A DNA stretch of 64,000 bases, from contig OZ024742.1 in NCBI GenBank assembly GCA_964016885.1, positions 96,224,001 to 96,288,000 of the forward strand, in the 5' to 3' direction. Below the pieces are notes generated by a model. The model ran no database searches. It saw only the letters and a program-made list of their open reading frames with translations, and was not told where the DNA came from. Source of the DNA: Eledone cirrhosa. Taxonomy: Eukaryota. Both the position numbers and the translations under genes were made by a program. How positions within the stretch are numbered: the first letter of the stretch is position 1; every line of letters begins with the position of its first letter. Shown here in pieces: positions 13,027-26,866 of this stretch.

Positions 13027-14639
13027 ATATATATATATATATATAACTTCTTTCAGACATAAAAGTATGAAAATATTTTAATATAATGCAGAGTCCTCAT
13101 TGGGTGTTAGGAAAGGAGAGCTGTCATATTTATGTATTTTATTCGTGAGTGTTTTTTAGTAATATGTGTTTGCTTAGTTGTTCAAGGACATTATCCTCAT
13201 CATACTTTTACATCCACTTTTCCATGCTTTTACAATCATGTCAAGTCATGACAACCTCCCTAGTGTTGGTGATTTACACTATAAACACATCCAGTACACA
13301 CTGTAGATTGGTTGGTGATAGGAAGTGTACCCAGCCATAGAAAACGTGCCAGACAATGGGTCAGGAGGACCTTCTAGTTATCAAAGCATTATAACCTCCA
13401 TAGTGTCGCTGATTTACACAATAAACACACCCTGTACACACTGTAAAGTGGAGGGTGATAGGAAGAACACCTAGCCATAGAAATCTTGCCAAACAAAGAG
13501 TTAGGACCCTTAGTTGTGTCAAAGACATGAGAACCTTTTCTGAGCAATTGATGGAATGTGAGACCATACATAAGTGAAACACCGATCCCTCGCTTGCTTG
13601 AGAGATCCGTGGCCATGCTTCAGTACAGACTTGGTCTACATGGACCCACCCAACCCTTGCTAGCAGTGAAAACAGACATTAAAATGACGATGATATATAT
13701 ATATATATAAAAGAATGAAAAATATGTGAAAAATATATGAATAATAATTAAAGCCCATTTGAATATAAAGCTAATAGAAAATTGCATATTAAAAAACATG
13801 AAAGAATGATATGTTACATGACAATGTGGCATACATTGAGATGGATGAGCAATGAATAAATAATGAATTATTATAATTAATGTATGTTTAAAATCAATGT
13901 GGAAAATAATTTTTTCTTCTTTATCTGATTGGAAATGTGACAAAAATATCCTACAAAATTATGTAGTTCGATATGTAGAATTCTAAAACAATACTACAAA
14001 TATATAAAAACTGATTTATAAATGTATTGAAAGTGAAAGAAAGTAAGGAATTTAAATTTGAAATGAATATAAAATAAATTTAAGTGACCCCAGTTGAAGT
14101 GAAGTGGATCAAAATAAAGTTAAAAAAATAGTGTTAATGAAATATTGATGTGGAATTGAAAACAGTACAAAATGAAGAAAAAGGGATTCTTATTTAGGTG
14201 GAAGTATAATATTGATGGAAGTGACATGAGATCTTCAAGAAAGAATATAACTGCAAATATCTACTTAGGAAAAGCAAGGGTTTTATTTGTTAACGTGTTT
14301 TATAATGGATCAAAATATATTTTTTGTGTATTTAAAAGAAAATAACAGCTCTGCCTCGAGATATAATCCACTGGAATTTTGTTGCAATATGAGATTTTTT
14401 ACAGCCAATCACAACTGGAAATGGAACCTGAACATAAAACTTCTAGGGCAATAAATGATCTGAATATGTGATGAGATTTCTCTCCGAGTAACCAGATATA
14501 TTTTGCTAAAGCTGTCATAAAGCATCTTTTGAACATTAGCAAAAGAATTCCTATTTAATTTGATTCATGACATGAAACATTTCTGTGATTTCAATGATGC
14601 ATTTAGGTGAAAAATGTATTGCAATCTTCATTTCATGCC

Positions 14640-15110
14640 ACAAAAAGTGATGGAGGGCAGGAGACTAAATTAAGTGCAAGAATTGCTGGAGCTGGTGCAG
14701 GAATGCAGCAGCTTCAGCATTCAGTAATCTTCAATTTGGTATTTGTGCCAAACCTTACATATGAATCTTGGGTAATGACCAAAAGAATATGATTGCAAAT
14801 ATAAATGGCAGATATTGGTTTCCTCTGAAGGGTCTTTAGAGTAATGTTACTCAATAAAGTGTGTAGCTTGGAGATCAGGGAGTCACTCCAGGTAGAGCTG
14901 CTACTTCTCTGAATTGAGAGATTACAGCTCCAATACTATGGGCATGTAGTTAAAATGTCTCACAAAAGAATCGCAGGACAGATTTTACTGGCAAACCCAA
15001 CTGGTAGACGCCCCAGCAAAATGGTAGGGAACTATCCATGAGCTTGACTGGTCTCGCTTGGGGATCCAGCCGAATCAGTTGGAGATGGTTGCTTCTGACA
15101 CAACCTGTTG
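14640..15110 (+). mobile_element. RTE LINE 3' fragment
   Basis: Decayed VPNLTY.SWVMT, SQL.YYGHV and TGRRP motifs. Possibly the separated 3' part of the 8.6-10.5 kb element. Confidence 0.6.
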
Positions 15111-15149
15111 AAGTAGAGAAGAAAAAGAAGTTTCATTAAACGTTTTAGT

Positions 15150-16000
15150 GTTATGACTACTATTGGAAGCTTCAATGATTTTATGTTAGGATAGTTCATT
15201 TTCATAATGTTCTTGTTAAATATCTTGTGATACCAGTTGCTTGCTAGAAAGTGGTGTGAAATTACTGTAAGGAACCCCTGGTTACTTTAGTCTTTAGAAT
15301 TAGATTAAAGGCAAGATTACAACGTTATTCTATGCACATATTTTGGTAAAAATTGGTTTAAAGTGTACATTATAATTCCTTAATCCACTTATAAATGTGG
15401 CCTCATCTGTAGGTGATACTAGCTTGTATAACATGCTGGAAGAATATTTATATAAAAAAGCTTCTCGTTTGGCTCATGACAATGCTTGAAATTGTCAGTG
15501 CCAAGTTCTATTGAGGTATCAGATAAATTTTCTATTATGTGGTTGGTTTCTGCTCTTATATATCAACATATTTCATTGAATAGTTTTATTAAATCTTTCA
15601 TATATCTATCAAGCCTGTGTATATTCAATTTTTCCAATATAAGTAGTCCATCGTCTCAGAAAATGTTCACTTGTATAGTAGAAAATGGGTTTTCTAGAAT
15701 AGCCAGAATGTAAATTGCTATGTGCGTGCAAAACTGAATGCTATCATACAAGTTCATAAAAGACATCAAATAACTCATTTGTTATTTATATCATCAGAAC
15801 CTTTAGAAGTATCACAATGCATTTAATCTGAAGCCCTAGAAATCTTGCACTTTACTGCCTTGTAATAATGCTAGTAATAAGTCAAGCTGAAAATACAACA
15901 TAATGTCAGATGATATTTTAATATGACACAGGCAATGTGCCACATAATATGACACACATCAATTTGAAATCAATTGTATAGTCTCATTTATTCCATCATG
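15150..16000 (-). pseudogene. Highly decayed Penelope-like element reverse transcriptase
   Basis: Manual minus-strand translation gives FDV.MNLYDSIQFC..IAIYIL...VNIF*DDGLLIL...LDRYMKDLIKLF...ETN...FYIN, then HFL..W.HKIFNKN. This is colinear with the PLE RT pattern I recall ([22 protein letters not shown] / YRDDGL / HKIFN). Too broken to appear in the ORF track. Confidence 0.7.
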
Positions 16001-16476
16001 AACTCACTCAACTCTGTAAATTAATTTGTGATAGAAAGGGTATCTAGTCATCGAAAGCTTGCCAAATAAATGGCCAGAAGGACACTTTAGTTGTGTCAAA
16101 GACTTAACCAGCTTCATGTTCATTTACATGATAACACATCTAGTATACTCTGTAAAGTAGTTGATGATAGGAAAAGAATCCAGTCATAAAACAAAAGATA
16201 GAAAGCCCAAGACTCTTCAGCTGAGTCAAACACATGATAGCCTACCTAGTGGTAGTGTTATGATAAAATCAACTCATTTGAGTATGGGATCATAGGGAAT
16301 TCCAGGGTTGCTTGAGTAGAAACCTGGTCGGTTGACAACCTGTCAAACTGTTACTAACAGGGAAAGCAGAGATTAAATGATGATGAGGATGATGATGATA
16401 CAAACACACACACATATGTATATATGTAAAAATATATATATATATGTATATATGTAAAAAAATATATATATATATG

Positions 16477-16507
<31 letters not shown>

Positions 16508-16689
16508 ACTAGACCAGCTATGACCCATTGGGTCACGTTCGCTTAAAAACAATTTCTAAATAATTAAAATATACCCAGACATGTATATAATGTAAAATGA
16601 AATTGGAAGGCCTATATATATATATAAGTATGTGTGTGTGTACATATATAAGCACATGTGTGTAGGTGCGCGTGTGTGTGTATATATAT

Positions 16690-17409
16690 AGTAATAATAA
16701 TATTTATATTTATATATGTTTAATACAATTATAAATATGGAGGGTAGTACTAAGTACTACCCGGTTACCGGTATGACAAAAGGCTCAATGCAAATTATCA
16801 AGTGTTTTACAGAGCCGAGATACAAAGTGTTAAAACGATCAAATTTTAGTTTAGAACATTTATTTGCTGACAATTGTTTCTTCCAGAGGGAAGTCTGGAA
16901 TCAGCGGTGCATAAGGAATGTCGAAACATGTGACAAAAATCCTAGTCTTCAGAACATTTAGGGTACATAATTGTTGTTAGTGTCATAGACATCATGTGGA
17001 GAGTCAGGAGTTAAAAAGATGTTATGCTTGAGAGAGCACAATTACAGGCAGCACTGGTTGAAAATGTAAGAGGTATAAGTAAAATGTGTAAGAAATATAA
17101 GCAAAAAGTACAGGCAAAAAAAGTTATATTTTTGCCTGTACTTTTTGCTTATACCTCTTACACTTTCCAACCAGTGCTGCCTGTAATTGTGCTCTCTCAA
17201 GCATAACATCTTTTTAACTCCTGACTCTCCACATGATTTCTATGACACTAACAACAATTATGTACCCTAAATGTTCTGAATGACTAGGATTTTAGTTACA
17301 TGTTTCGACATTCCTTATGCTCCGATGATTCCAGACTTCCCTCTGAAAGAAACAATTGTCAGCAAATAAATGTTTTAAACTAAAATTTGATCGTTTTAGC
17401 ACTTTGTAT
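16690..17409. mobile_element. Asymmetric fold-back element in (TA)n with hammerhead motif (putative non-autonomous Penelope-like element)
   Basis: ~290-bp inverted arms from 16820 to 17409, centred near 17125. The left arm extends to a (TA)nGTAATAATAA terminus. Homologous to 40199-41050. Confidence 0.8.
17318..17364 (+). ncRNA. Minimal type I hammerhead-like ribozyme (U4C variant)
   Basis: TGCT-CCGATGA-TTCCAGA(cttccc)TCTGAAA-GAAAC-AATT-GTC-AGCA. Stem I TGCT/AGCA, palindromic stem III ACAATTGT, GUC site, AATAAA immediately downstream. Confidence 0.65.
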
Positions 17410-17756
17410 ATATATATATATATATATATATAAGGGAAGCAGAAGCAGGGGAGAATCCCTTCTTTAGCTGTCTGCTATAGATCATGGACATTTGAACGCA
17501 TTAAAGTCAATATATTTAACTCCATTGCATCAAGAATTAGTGGAAGTTATAGAAAAAAAAATGAGAGTGAAAAAAATTCAAATAGGTGAAAATATGAAAA
17601 AAATATACAGAGAGCATACGGAAAAAGAGAGGAACACGAGAAGCACATGTATGTATATAAGTAACCAAGAGAGAGACAGAGAGAGAGGGAGGGAGAGAGG
17701 GAGGGATAGAGAGAGAGAAGTCAAAAGATTTGCAACTGCTCTTTATGCGCTTTCTC

Positions 17757-20140
17757 CACTCAGCCCTATTTAGAGCTATCTCCTCCCAGTTGTCTATATC
17801 AAATGTCAGCTCTTTGAGATTGTTCTTGATGCTGTTCCTGACCCTCATTTTTGGTTTGTGTTGAGGCCTTTTTCCAAGATGGAGCTCACCATAAAACAAT
17901 TGCTTCGGGATCCTGCTTTCTTTCATGCCCTATCCTGCACATTTGAGATATTACTTGGGGCTCAATGCTTAGACATTCTGCTTTGATAAGGACATGGATG
18001 TCAGGTGTTCTGTCTTGCCACTTGATGTTGAATATGCACCTTAATTTAGGTGTGTTTGCGGGATAGCGTCCAGGTTTCAGTGGACAACAGAGGTATTCTG
18101 GATGTGCAGATGTATTTCAGCATCCAAGGAACCATCATTTGAGAGTGTGCTACCCAAGTAGACAAATTTATCTACTACTCCCAGCCTGGTTCCATCAACC
18201 ATGATATTTGGTTCAGTATATGGTTCGCCAGGATCAGGGGTAAACATTACTTTCATCTTCTTAAAACTGATTATAAGCCCAAATGCTGAGAAATAGCCTA
18301 TAATGTATTTCATGTCAGCTTCTCTGTGTGCTAGGAAGTCAGCGTTGTTGGTGTAAAGAAGGTCTCTGATAAAAGCTTGAAAAGTTTTTGTCTTGGCATT
18401 AAACCTTCTTCATTTGAAAACCTTTCCAGTGGTTCTGAACCATAAAAGAATGCCTCTGTCACAATCATGGAAAGCATGTGGGAGCAAGGCGGCAAAGAAG
18501 ATGGAGAAAAGCATAGGAGCAGGAATATCACCTTGCTTTACCCCGTTGTCAATTGGGATTTCCCCAGATAGTTGGCCATTGAAGGTAACCCGAGCTTTCA
18601 TATTTCTGTACAGCTGTTTTAGCATACTCACAAACTTGATTGGACATCCCACTTATCCAAGTATTATCCAGAGTGCATCTCTGTTAACTGTGCCAAAGGC
18701 CTTCGTTAAGTCAACAAAGACTTGATATAGGGGGGGGGGGGGGGACACTGCTCAATGCATTTTTCTTGCATTTGTCTTACAGAGAAAATCATGTTGACTG
18801 TTCCCCTTCTTCTAAAACCACTCTGTAGGATAGATATCCTCCTCTAGTCTGTTGAGCAAAAGTCTTGTGAGAACCTTGCCAACAGCTTCCAACAAAGTAA
18901 TGCCAAGGTAGTTTCCATATATCGATTTTTCACCTTTGCCTTTGTATAATGATAGCAGAATATTGTTGATCCAGTCTTGAGGAACCGGGGTCCTATTCCA
19001 GCAATCAATGATAAGGTTGTTTATTGCTTCTGTTGCATCATCACTACCAACTTTCAGCAGTTTGACTGGTATACCTTCTGGACCTGGGGCCTTGCCAGAG
19101 TTAACCTGCTTGACTGCCAGCTTTATTTCATCAGCAGAGGGAAGTTGATCCATACGGTGGACTGTTTCACATTGAGGAAGGCCCTCTATCACTCCAAAAT
19201 TAACCGCTCAAGGGTTGTCAAACAGGTCAGTAAAATGTTCCTCCCAACATTGGAGGATTTTTTATGGCTCTTTGACATCATCCTTAGATCTCAGAGGAGT
19301 TACTGAGGATGTTGGTGGGCCGAAGACTTAATGTATCAATGAGTAAAATGACTGAATCTTTAGTGTTAAAAGACTGTTGGATTTCCGAAGAGATATTACC
19401 CCACCACTCATTTTGCATCCTGTATACTTCACGTTGTAGTGTTGCCTTGTGATCTTTGTAGGCTTTCCTGGCAACTGGTTGTGCTACGGGATTCTGATTC
19501 AGGAGCTTTTCATAGAGAGTGTGTTTGGTTTCCAGTAGTTGATTGATATTGGATTATTGTCATCAAACCAGTCCTGGTGTTTCTTGGCTCTGAAGCCAAA
19601 TAACTAAACTCCCACTGAGTAAACTTGATCACTAAAATTTTCCCAGGTGCCATCAAAATCAAGACCATCAAATCTTTCAGTTAAGGTTGTACGCACATCT
19701 GCTTGCCTCAGTTTGGTAACATCAATGCATTTCAGTGCTTTCACTCCATTCTTACAAATTCTTTTTCAGATACTCATCTTGAACTTTCCTCACATTAATT
19801 TGTGGCCAGTGCCACAATATGCACTAGGCAAAACACGCACTCTACACACATCACTTAGATCTTGTTTACGAGTGATGATAAAATCAATCATGTAACCATG
19901 CTTGGATCTTGGATGATACCAGGTAGCTATATATTTGAGCTTCTGATGGAAAAGAGTGTTGCAGATGGTTAAGTTGAGTTCTGAGCAGAGTTCAAGCAGC
20001 TTCAGGCCGCTGGTGTTCATTTTACCAATACCAAATGGACCAATGGTGCCCCACGTCTTATGATCATTACCCACACAAGTATTAAAATCACAGAGAAGTA
20101 ATAATTTATCGTCAGCAGGTGTGGATGTAATGACAGCACA
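17757..20140 (-). pseudogene. Degenerate RTE/BovB-type LINE ORF (APE + RT)
   Basis: CDFNTCVG, MIDFII, GKAPGPEGIP, GITLLEAVGKVL, GVKQGDIPAPMLF, FVYLGS, RIPKQLFYGEL. Confidence 0.9.
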
Positions 20141-20186
20141 AAGAGATGTACACACACACACATATATATATATGTGTGTGTGTGTA

Positions 20187-20692
20187 TCAGTTCCTGTATG
20201 AGCAAGACAAGCTCAGCCGACCGGACACTGCCCACAACAGGACAACCCGTCTAACCCATGCTACCGTGGGGGTACGGACGTAAAACGGTGATGATGACGA
20301 TGATATATATATGGGTTGTCCTGTTGTGAGCAGTGTCCGGTCGGCTGAGCTTGTCTTGCTCATACGGGAACTGATTCTGGCTTGATTTCTACAGCTGGAT
20401 GCCCTTCCTAACACCAACCTCATTTACAGTGAGTGTTGGATGCTTTTTTCCGTGGAGCCTACACATCCACTTTACAGTGTGGGCTGGGTGCTTTTTTGCC
20501 ATGGCACCTCCATGACCACTTTGCAGTGGAATGATAGGGACCCCAGTCCTATAATCTCATTTCGAAAGCTGAGTAAACTGGAGCAACGTGAAATAAAGTG
20601 TCTTGCTCAAGGAAACAACACATCCTCCGGTTTGAGAATTGAACTCCCAGCCTATCGATTGCAAGCTCTAACCACTAAGCCATGTGCCTTCA
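20187..20692. mobile_element. Tail-to-tail SINE B pair (3' fragment on +, near-full copy on - from 20312)
   Basis: 20187-20250 is the reverse complement of ~20312-20374. Confidence 0.85.
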
Positions 20693-20719
20693 CTATATAT
20701 ATATGCATATGTATACATG

Positions 20720-21285
20720 TAGGCAGGAAGCCGCTGGAATTGGCTGAGGAATTCCTGTATTCGGGAGCAAAGATTGGGAATACGGAAGATGTGGTTGAGA
20801 GGAAGAGAAAAGCCTGGGCGGCATGGCACAGCTTGAGATCCGTGTGGAAATCGGACCTTTGTAAAGACCTGAAGATCCACCTCTTCATTGCTGTGGTGGA
20901 GTCTGTGCTGCTGTACAGGTCTGAGACTTGGACGCTGACCAAGAAACTCACTCAGATGGTGGATGGGTGCTACACTAGAATGCTGAGGATGGCTCTGAAC
21001 ATTAATCACTATACACTGAGGATGAAAAATTCAGAGCTGTATGGGAGCCTCCCAAAAGTCAGCTCAAAAGTGACACAAAGGAGACTGAGGTTAGCCTGAC
21101 ATGCTCACCGACATCCAGAGTTGACACTGCATTCAGTGCTCTTGTGGGAGCCCCTACATGGACACACTGGAAGAGGAAGACCGACGTTAACATATTTTGA
21201 TACCCTAAGGACATGGCATGATTATGTGGGACAGAGATTGCTGGAGATAACTCGTCCATGGATCTCGGGAATTTTACCCGCCCTA
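20720..21285 (+). mobile_element. LINE 3' fragment, RTE-like, (TAGA)n tail
   Basis: FLYSG, ESVLLY.SETWTLTK, DGCYTRMLRMALNI, RRLRLA. Confidence 0.8.
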
Positions 21286-21316
21286 GATAGATAGATGTAT
21301 ACATTCATATGTATAT

Positions 21317-22812
21317 GTCATCATCATCATCGTTTAACGTCCATCTTCCACGCTTGCATGGGTTTGGACGGGAATGTTCCCACTTGAGGCAAGATTGGTT
21401 GTCTTGCTCGTATAGGACAGTCTGGTGGGTTTTCTACGGCTGGATGCCCTTCCTAACACCAACCACATTTACAGTGTGGACTGGGAGGTTTTTACCGTGT
21501 TGCCTACACGGCCACATTACAGCGTGGACTGTGTGTTTTTTTGTCGTGACACCTATACGACCTCATTTATTTAGGACTGGATGTTGTGGGACCAACATAA
21601 CTTAACATCTAAAGGGGGTGGTGTGGTTGGGTTGGGGGTAGTGGGACGGGGGTGTATTTTGGTAAGAGGTGCCTACTGACTGTAGGTTTCGCTTTGTACT
21701 TAGGCAAGGCGGGTCTTCTGTATTACTGTGTAGCGCCAAAGATCTCGGTTCAGTGAAATTGTCTTGGAGAGGTTTAAGTGTGTGAGGTCGGAATTTATCA
21801 AGTCGTCCCAGGTTTTCCTGGGTCTGCCTACTCCATAGCTACCGTCTATTTTTATCGCCCTGCACTTTTTTATACAGCTGTCGTCTTTCATGCACATCAC
21901 GTGACCGTACCAACGTAGTCTGCTCTCGAGTAAACAGCCTCTGATCCCTCTTATTCCTAATTTCTTCCTTAGTTCATTTATGCTTTGCTGTTCACGTATA
22001 TTACTATTACACATCCAACGGAGCATGCAAGCTTCGTTCCTCTCCAGTCTGCATATATCCTCTGCACACAATGCCCAAGTCTCACTGCCATGTAACATTG
22101 CTGTTCGTATGCAGGCATCATACAGCCTGTCTTTCATTTTTAGAGAGAAACCTTTAGCAGTGGTATAAGCTCTCTGAACTTTTTCCATCCCGTTCTGACT
22201 CCTCTATCTACTGTACTTTCAGAGCACCCCCCACCACTGCTGATGTTGTCACCCAGGTAACGGAAGGTGTCCACTATTTCTATAGAACCATCTGCGCAAT
22301 GGAATGAGCTAGTATTCTCTGGGCACTTGCTGCTACTTATTGCACCTGAGCACTGGCCACATATAAAATCTATATTCTTAGTTAGCTTACCTGTGATCCT
22401 AGTACATCTTTTATGCTCCAATACTTTGCATTTGGGACATAAAATGGAGTTTCTGCCTACTCCTTTCCTACACACTGAGCATGGCAATTTCGCAGATGTG
22501 ACCGGTGCCCTATTTTCCTTCCTACAAACTAGAACTTTAGTCTTAGACAGGTTAATTTTAAGGCCTTTTGATTCTAGGCTATGCTTCCATGTTTGGAATT
22601 TCTTCTCTAGTTCAGCCATTGATTCAGCTATGAGCGTTAGATCATCTGCATATAGGAGTTTCCATGGGCAGCCGGTCTTGAACTCCTCTGTTATAGCCTG
22701 AAGGGCAATAATAAATAGGAGGGGGCTAAGGACGCAGCCCTGATGAACACCAACTTTTACGCTAAATTCTTCACTATATTCGTTGTTAATTCTAACCTTG
22801 CTGACTGTTTCT
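21317..22812 (-). mobile_element. 5'-truncated RTE LINE, PHD-containing family, subfamily 2
   Basis: GVHQG..LSPLLF, LYADDL, CSVC...CPKC...HKRC...CGQC, YLGD, HGSETW, GRPRKTW; (CAT)n tail on +. Confidence 0.9.
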
Positions 22813-22932
22813 TGTAAATATACATATATATATATGTATATTTATAACATAGCGGCTCACTAGAAAACATTGAAATGAAAATTATGTCTACACGCCAAAT
22901 AGATGCAATGCTCCAATAGATTACAATTGCAA

Positions 22933-23381
22933 CACATTGGCGGTACTCAGTAACAGAGAAGACCCGCCTTACCTAAATATATAGTAAAACCTACTCCAGC
23001 CAGTAGGCATCTCTAACAAAATACACCCCGTCCCACCACCCCCGCCCCCACCCCATCCACACCACCCCGTTCTATGTAAAGTTATGTTGGTGCCGCGCCA
23101 TCGAGGCCGAAACATATGAGATCGTGTAGGTGTCACGACAAAAAAACACACAGTCCACGCTGTAATGTGGCCGTGTAGGCAACACGGTAAAAACCTCCCA
23201 GACCCACACTGTAAATGTGGTTGGTGTTAGGAAGGGCATCCAACTGTAGAAAACCTGCCAGACAGTCCTATGCGAGCAAGACACTCACTCTTGCCTCAAG
23301 TGGGACTACCCCCGTCCAAACCCATGCAAGCGTGGAACACGGACGTTAAACGTTGATGATGATGATGATGATGATGATGAT
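22933..23381 (+). mobile_element. 3' end of the same RTE subfamily, inverted
   Basis: Encodes HWRYSVTEKTRLT*, followed by a 3' UTR that is the reverse complement of 21317-21700. Confidence 0.85.
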
Positions 23382-24046
23382 AACGGAATACAAGCAAAAC
23401 GCAATAGAAAGCAACTGAGAACAATATATGGGCATACAAGAACATATCTAGTAGGATACACAAACACATTATTCCCCATAAAATACAAAACTAGAATGAC
23501 AACTACCTAATGATGAGCAATTATTTGGTTAAACAATCATTTGGTTGCTAAACTAAACAGTGAATGGATTAGTTACCTATTTACTAATAAACTGAAGTGA
23601 AATTTCATTAGTGTGTTACTTTTTTGGGGGGTGTAGGTGGGCATGACCCTCCCATATTATAACCATAACTTTCTCTTTATTAAGCTGATATTTGAAAATA
23701 ACCAAGGTTCTTATGTTATTATATGACAGAAGCATCCTACTTTCCCCACCCCAATGCACACACACTACTATCACACCCTCACTGTCCTAGCTATGAGTTT
23801 GAATGTTCTAGTGTTGAAAAAATAGTAGTGCTGGTACGACAATAAAAAGCATCTAGTGCAAACCATAAAGTGGTACCATTAGAAAGAGCATCCAGCCATA
23901 GAAACCATGCCAAAACAGAATGTATGAGCAAGACATGGTCATATGATTTGTATAGTCTCAGAATGTGACAATCCTTCTTACCTATGTAAGCATGAAAAAT
24001 AGATGTATAACATAGATGATGATGATGATGACCTGCATATAGTGAA

Positions 24047-24125
<79 letters not shown>

Positions 24126-24720
24126 TTGAAACAGATGAAAGTGATATATACATATTAATAGGGCCTGTCAGAACATACACACATACACACATACCCAGTC
24201 AAATGTTTAGTCTCCTATATAGACATGATGCATGGATATATACGTATATATATATCTGTGTACATATGTATACATTTTTTTTTTATTTCATATACTTCTA
24301 TTGGTTCCTTAATGTAACATTGCCTAAGCAGGATGATATAGAGATATGTTAAAAAGAAGAATGTCAGCATTGGCTTTTGTCATCTCCATTAGAACAATTC
24401 TTTAGCTGGTTCCAAGTAAGCAGGAATTTGGTCAGCCAAAGTGATGCTCATAATATGACATCTATGGAACAGACCTAAATGGAAACAAATGGCTAACTGT
24501 CAAACATACTTTAGTAGAATATATTCCAGAATTTTATGTTTGTATGGACCACTTGTTGTTGCTTATGTCATTGCAAATGCATCACAGTAACATATATATA
24601 TATATACATATGGTTATGTATTGTTGTGGGTATGCACACACACACACATATATATGTGTGTGTGTGTGTGTATGTATGTTTATGTATTTATGTATGTATA
24701 AATGTATGTGTGTACATACA

Positions 24721-24779
<59 letters not shown>

Positions 24780-25099
24780 ATATGGTTATATATATATGTT
24801 TATATATACATTTTTGCATGTGTATGTATTTGCATATGTATATATATATGTGTGTATGTAAATAACTGTTATACTAGAGACACTTTGGAATGTGTCCCAA
24901 CACAAAATACCCTAATAATATTTGATGAATATAATAATAATTAAGAAAATCAGGTGATGTACACCTAGAAATGTAAAAAAGTAGACAGACAGACCTGTAA
25001 GGGATTGAACACACCATCTCTCAGATGCTGGGTTATGCATTAACCTCTATGCTAAAGATGATCTTACAACACTCGTTATTGTGCTGTGTGTGTGTATAT

Positions 25100-25283
25100 T
25101 ATATATATGTATATAAATCAGGAGAGAACCAATTTAAACCTAGTCAGACCATTACTCAACAGAGTACTCGATACTTGGTGTAGTAGAATATGGTTATATT
25201 ACAAAGTGTTAGGTCCTGACAATTGAGCTCTTGCTTTTGAAACAGCAAGAACTTAACTGTCAGGTCCCGAATCTTTATAATAT
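25100..25283. mobile_element. Short asymmetric hairpin element in (TA)n
   Basis: Hairpin 25196-25283 centred on TTTTGAAAC. The flank CAGAGTACTCGAT is homologous (inverted) to ATCGAGTACTCTG at ~52945. Confidence 0.65.
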
Positions 25284-25659
25284 AAATAAATATATATATA
25301 TATGTGTGTGCGTGTATGTGTGTGTGTTCATATAATAGATGAAGATAATGGATCCCCTTTCGGTTTCGGCAATACAACTTCACTTCAATTAAATGAATGT
25401 CATGTTTAGTTATTAAAGTGGTCAAGTATTCCTAATACATGTTTTCCTTTCTACCTAATTCCTAATTTGAATCAGCCTGAAAGAATATGTGACAAGGCAA
25501 GACCTTTGAATTACAAATACAATCTATCTTGTATTATAGTGTAAATACATGTATTTCACAAATACATGTAGCCTTAATGTAATTACAAAAGCCTTATCAA
25601 TGTGAGACAATATGTGATAAAGCTGGACATTTGAATAACAGATACAATCCATCTGATGG

Positions 25660-25816
25660 ACTTCTTAACAGTTTCCATCTATCTAATTTTACTCACAAGT
25701 CTTGGGTCGAGCTGAGGCTACGGTAAAGACATCTGTCCATAATACTGTACAGAGGAATTAAACGTGAGACCTCATGGTTGTAAAGCAGATTATTTAACCA
25801 CATAGACATACCTGCG
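25660..25816 (-). mobile_element. tRNA-derived SINE, family C
   Basis: Reverse complement GCAGGTATGTCTATGTGGTTAA...TAGCCTCAGCTCGACCCAAGACTTGTGAG...GATGGAAACTG. Relatives at 27830-27910 and 49480-49616. Confidence 0.65.
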
Positions 25817-26553
25817 TTAGATAATATATTGCTAGATATCAATAAATATATGAGATAGTCAAGAGTGAAACACCTTTGACCATGGACTGCTGTGGGACTA
25901 ACAAACAACAACAACAAAACAATTACTACACTATTCTACATGGAAGATGCTATGGGCATGTATAATCTGGTAGAAAAAGCAAATTACACTTTAATATCTT
26001 GAAACAGGAAGGACAAAGTAATAATGTAACCCTAGAAATACATGTCTGAGAAAGAAATGAATTGGGCATGGCTGGAATGTCTTGTTACTTCTTTGGCATT
26101 GCTCAATATTTCATCTATTTCTCTCTGCTATGACCTAGTTTACTACTGCTACTACTATAACCACCACTACAGCTGCAAACTCCATCACCACCACCGTTAC
26201 TACTACCACCACTACCATCATCAGTACACAATCACCACCATCACAACTACTACTACTACTAATGTATCTACCATTCAGAGTACCTCAACCCCACCATATC
26301 ACTCCACTCACCTGTACACTCCCATTGAACACTTTAACCTTCATTGATTTATTATCATTACCCACCACATGTCTTGTTTCTTGCCTTATAATTAGGGTTC
26401 TCTTCAATGTCCCTTAATTTATCACTGTCTTTCCTTACACTATCTTACTCCCTCCTCCTCCTCTCTCTTTCTTTCCCCCTTCTCTCTCTGTTTTACTTAT
26501 TGTTATTCTATCTCTTTCCTTCTCTCTCTCTTTCTCCTTTTGTATTTCACTCT

Positions 26554-26607
<54 letters not shown>

Positions 26608-26654
26608 CTGTCATTCTCTTTTTCACAATCTCTTCTTCCTTCCTCTCCTCTGAC

Positions 26655-26688
<34 letters not shown>

Positions 26689-26831
26689 ACTTCTCTTCCT
26701 CGCTCTTTCTCTGAAGTTCTTCTTTAATTTATGTCTCTTTCTCTTATTATTTCCTTCACTTCACCCTCGTTCTCTCCCCTATCTCTATTTACATCTACCT
26801 ATCTTTCTGTTTACCCATATATCTACCTATA

Positions 26832-26866
<35 letters not shown>

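Noticed and set aside
20440-21099. 219-aa ORF as a gene
   Set aside because: Chance fusion of an antisense SINE, a TA tract and a LINE fragment.
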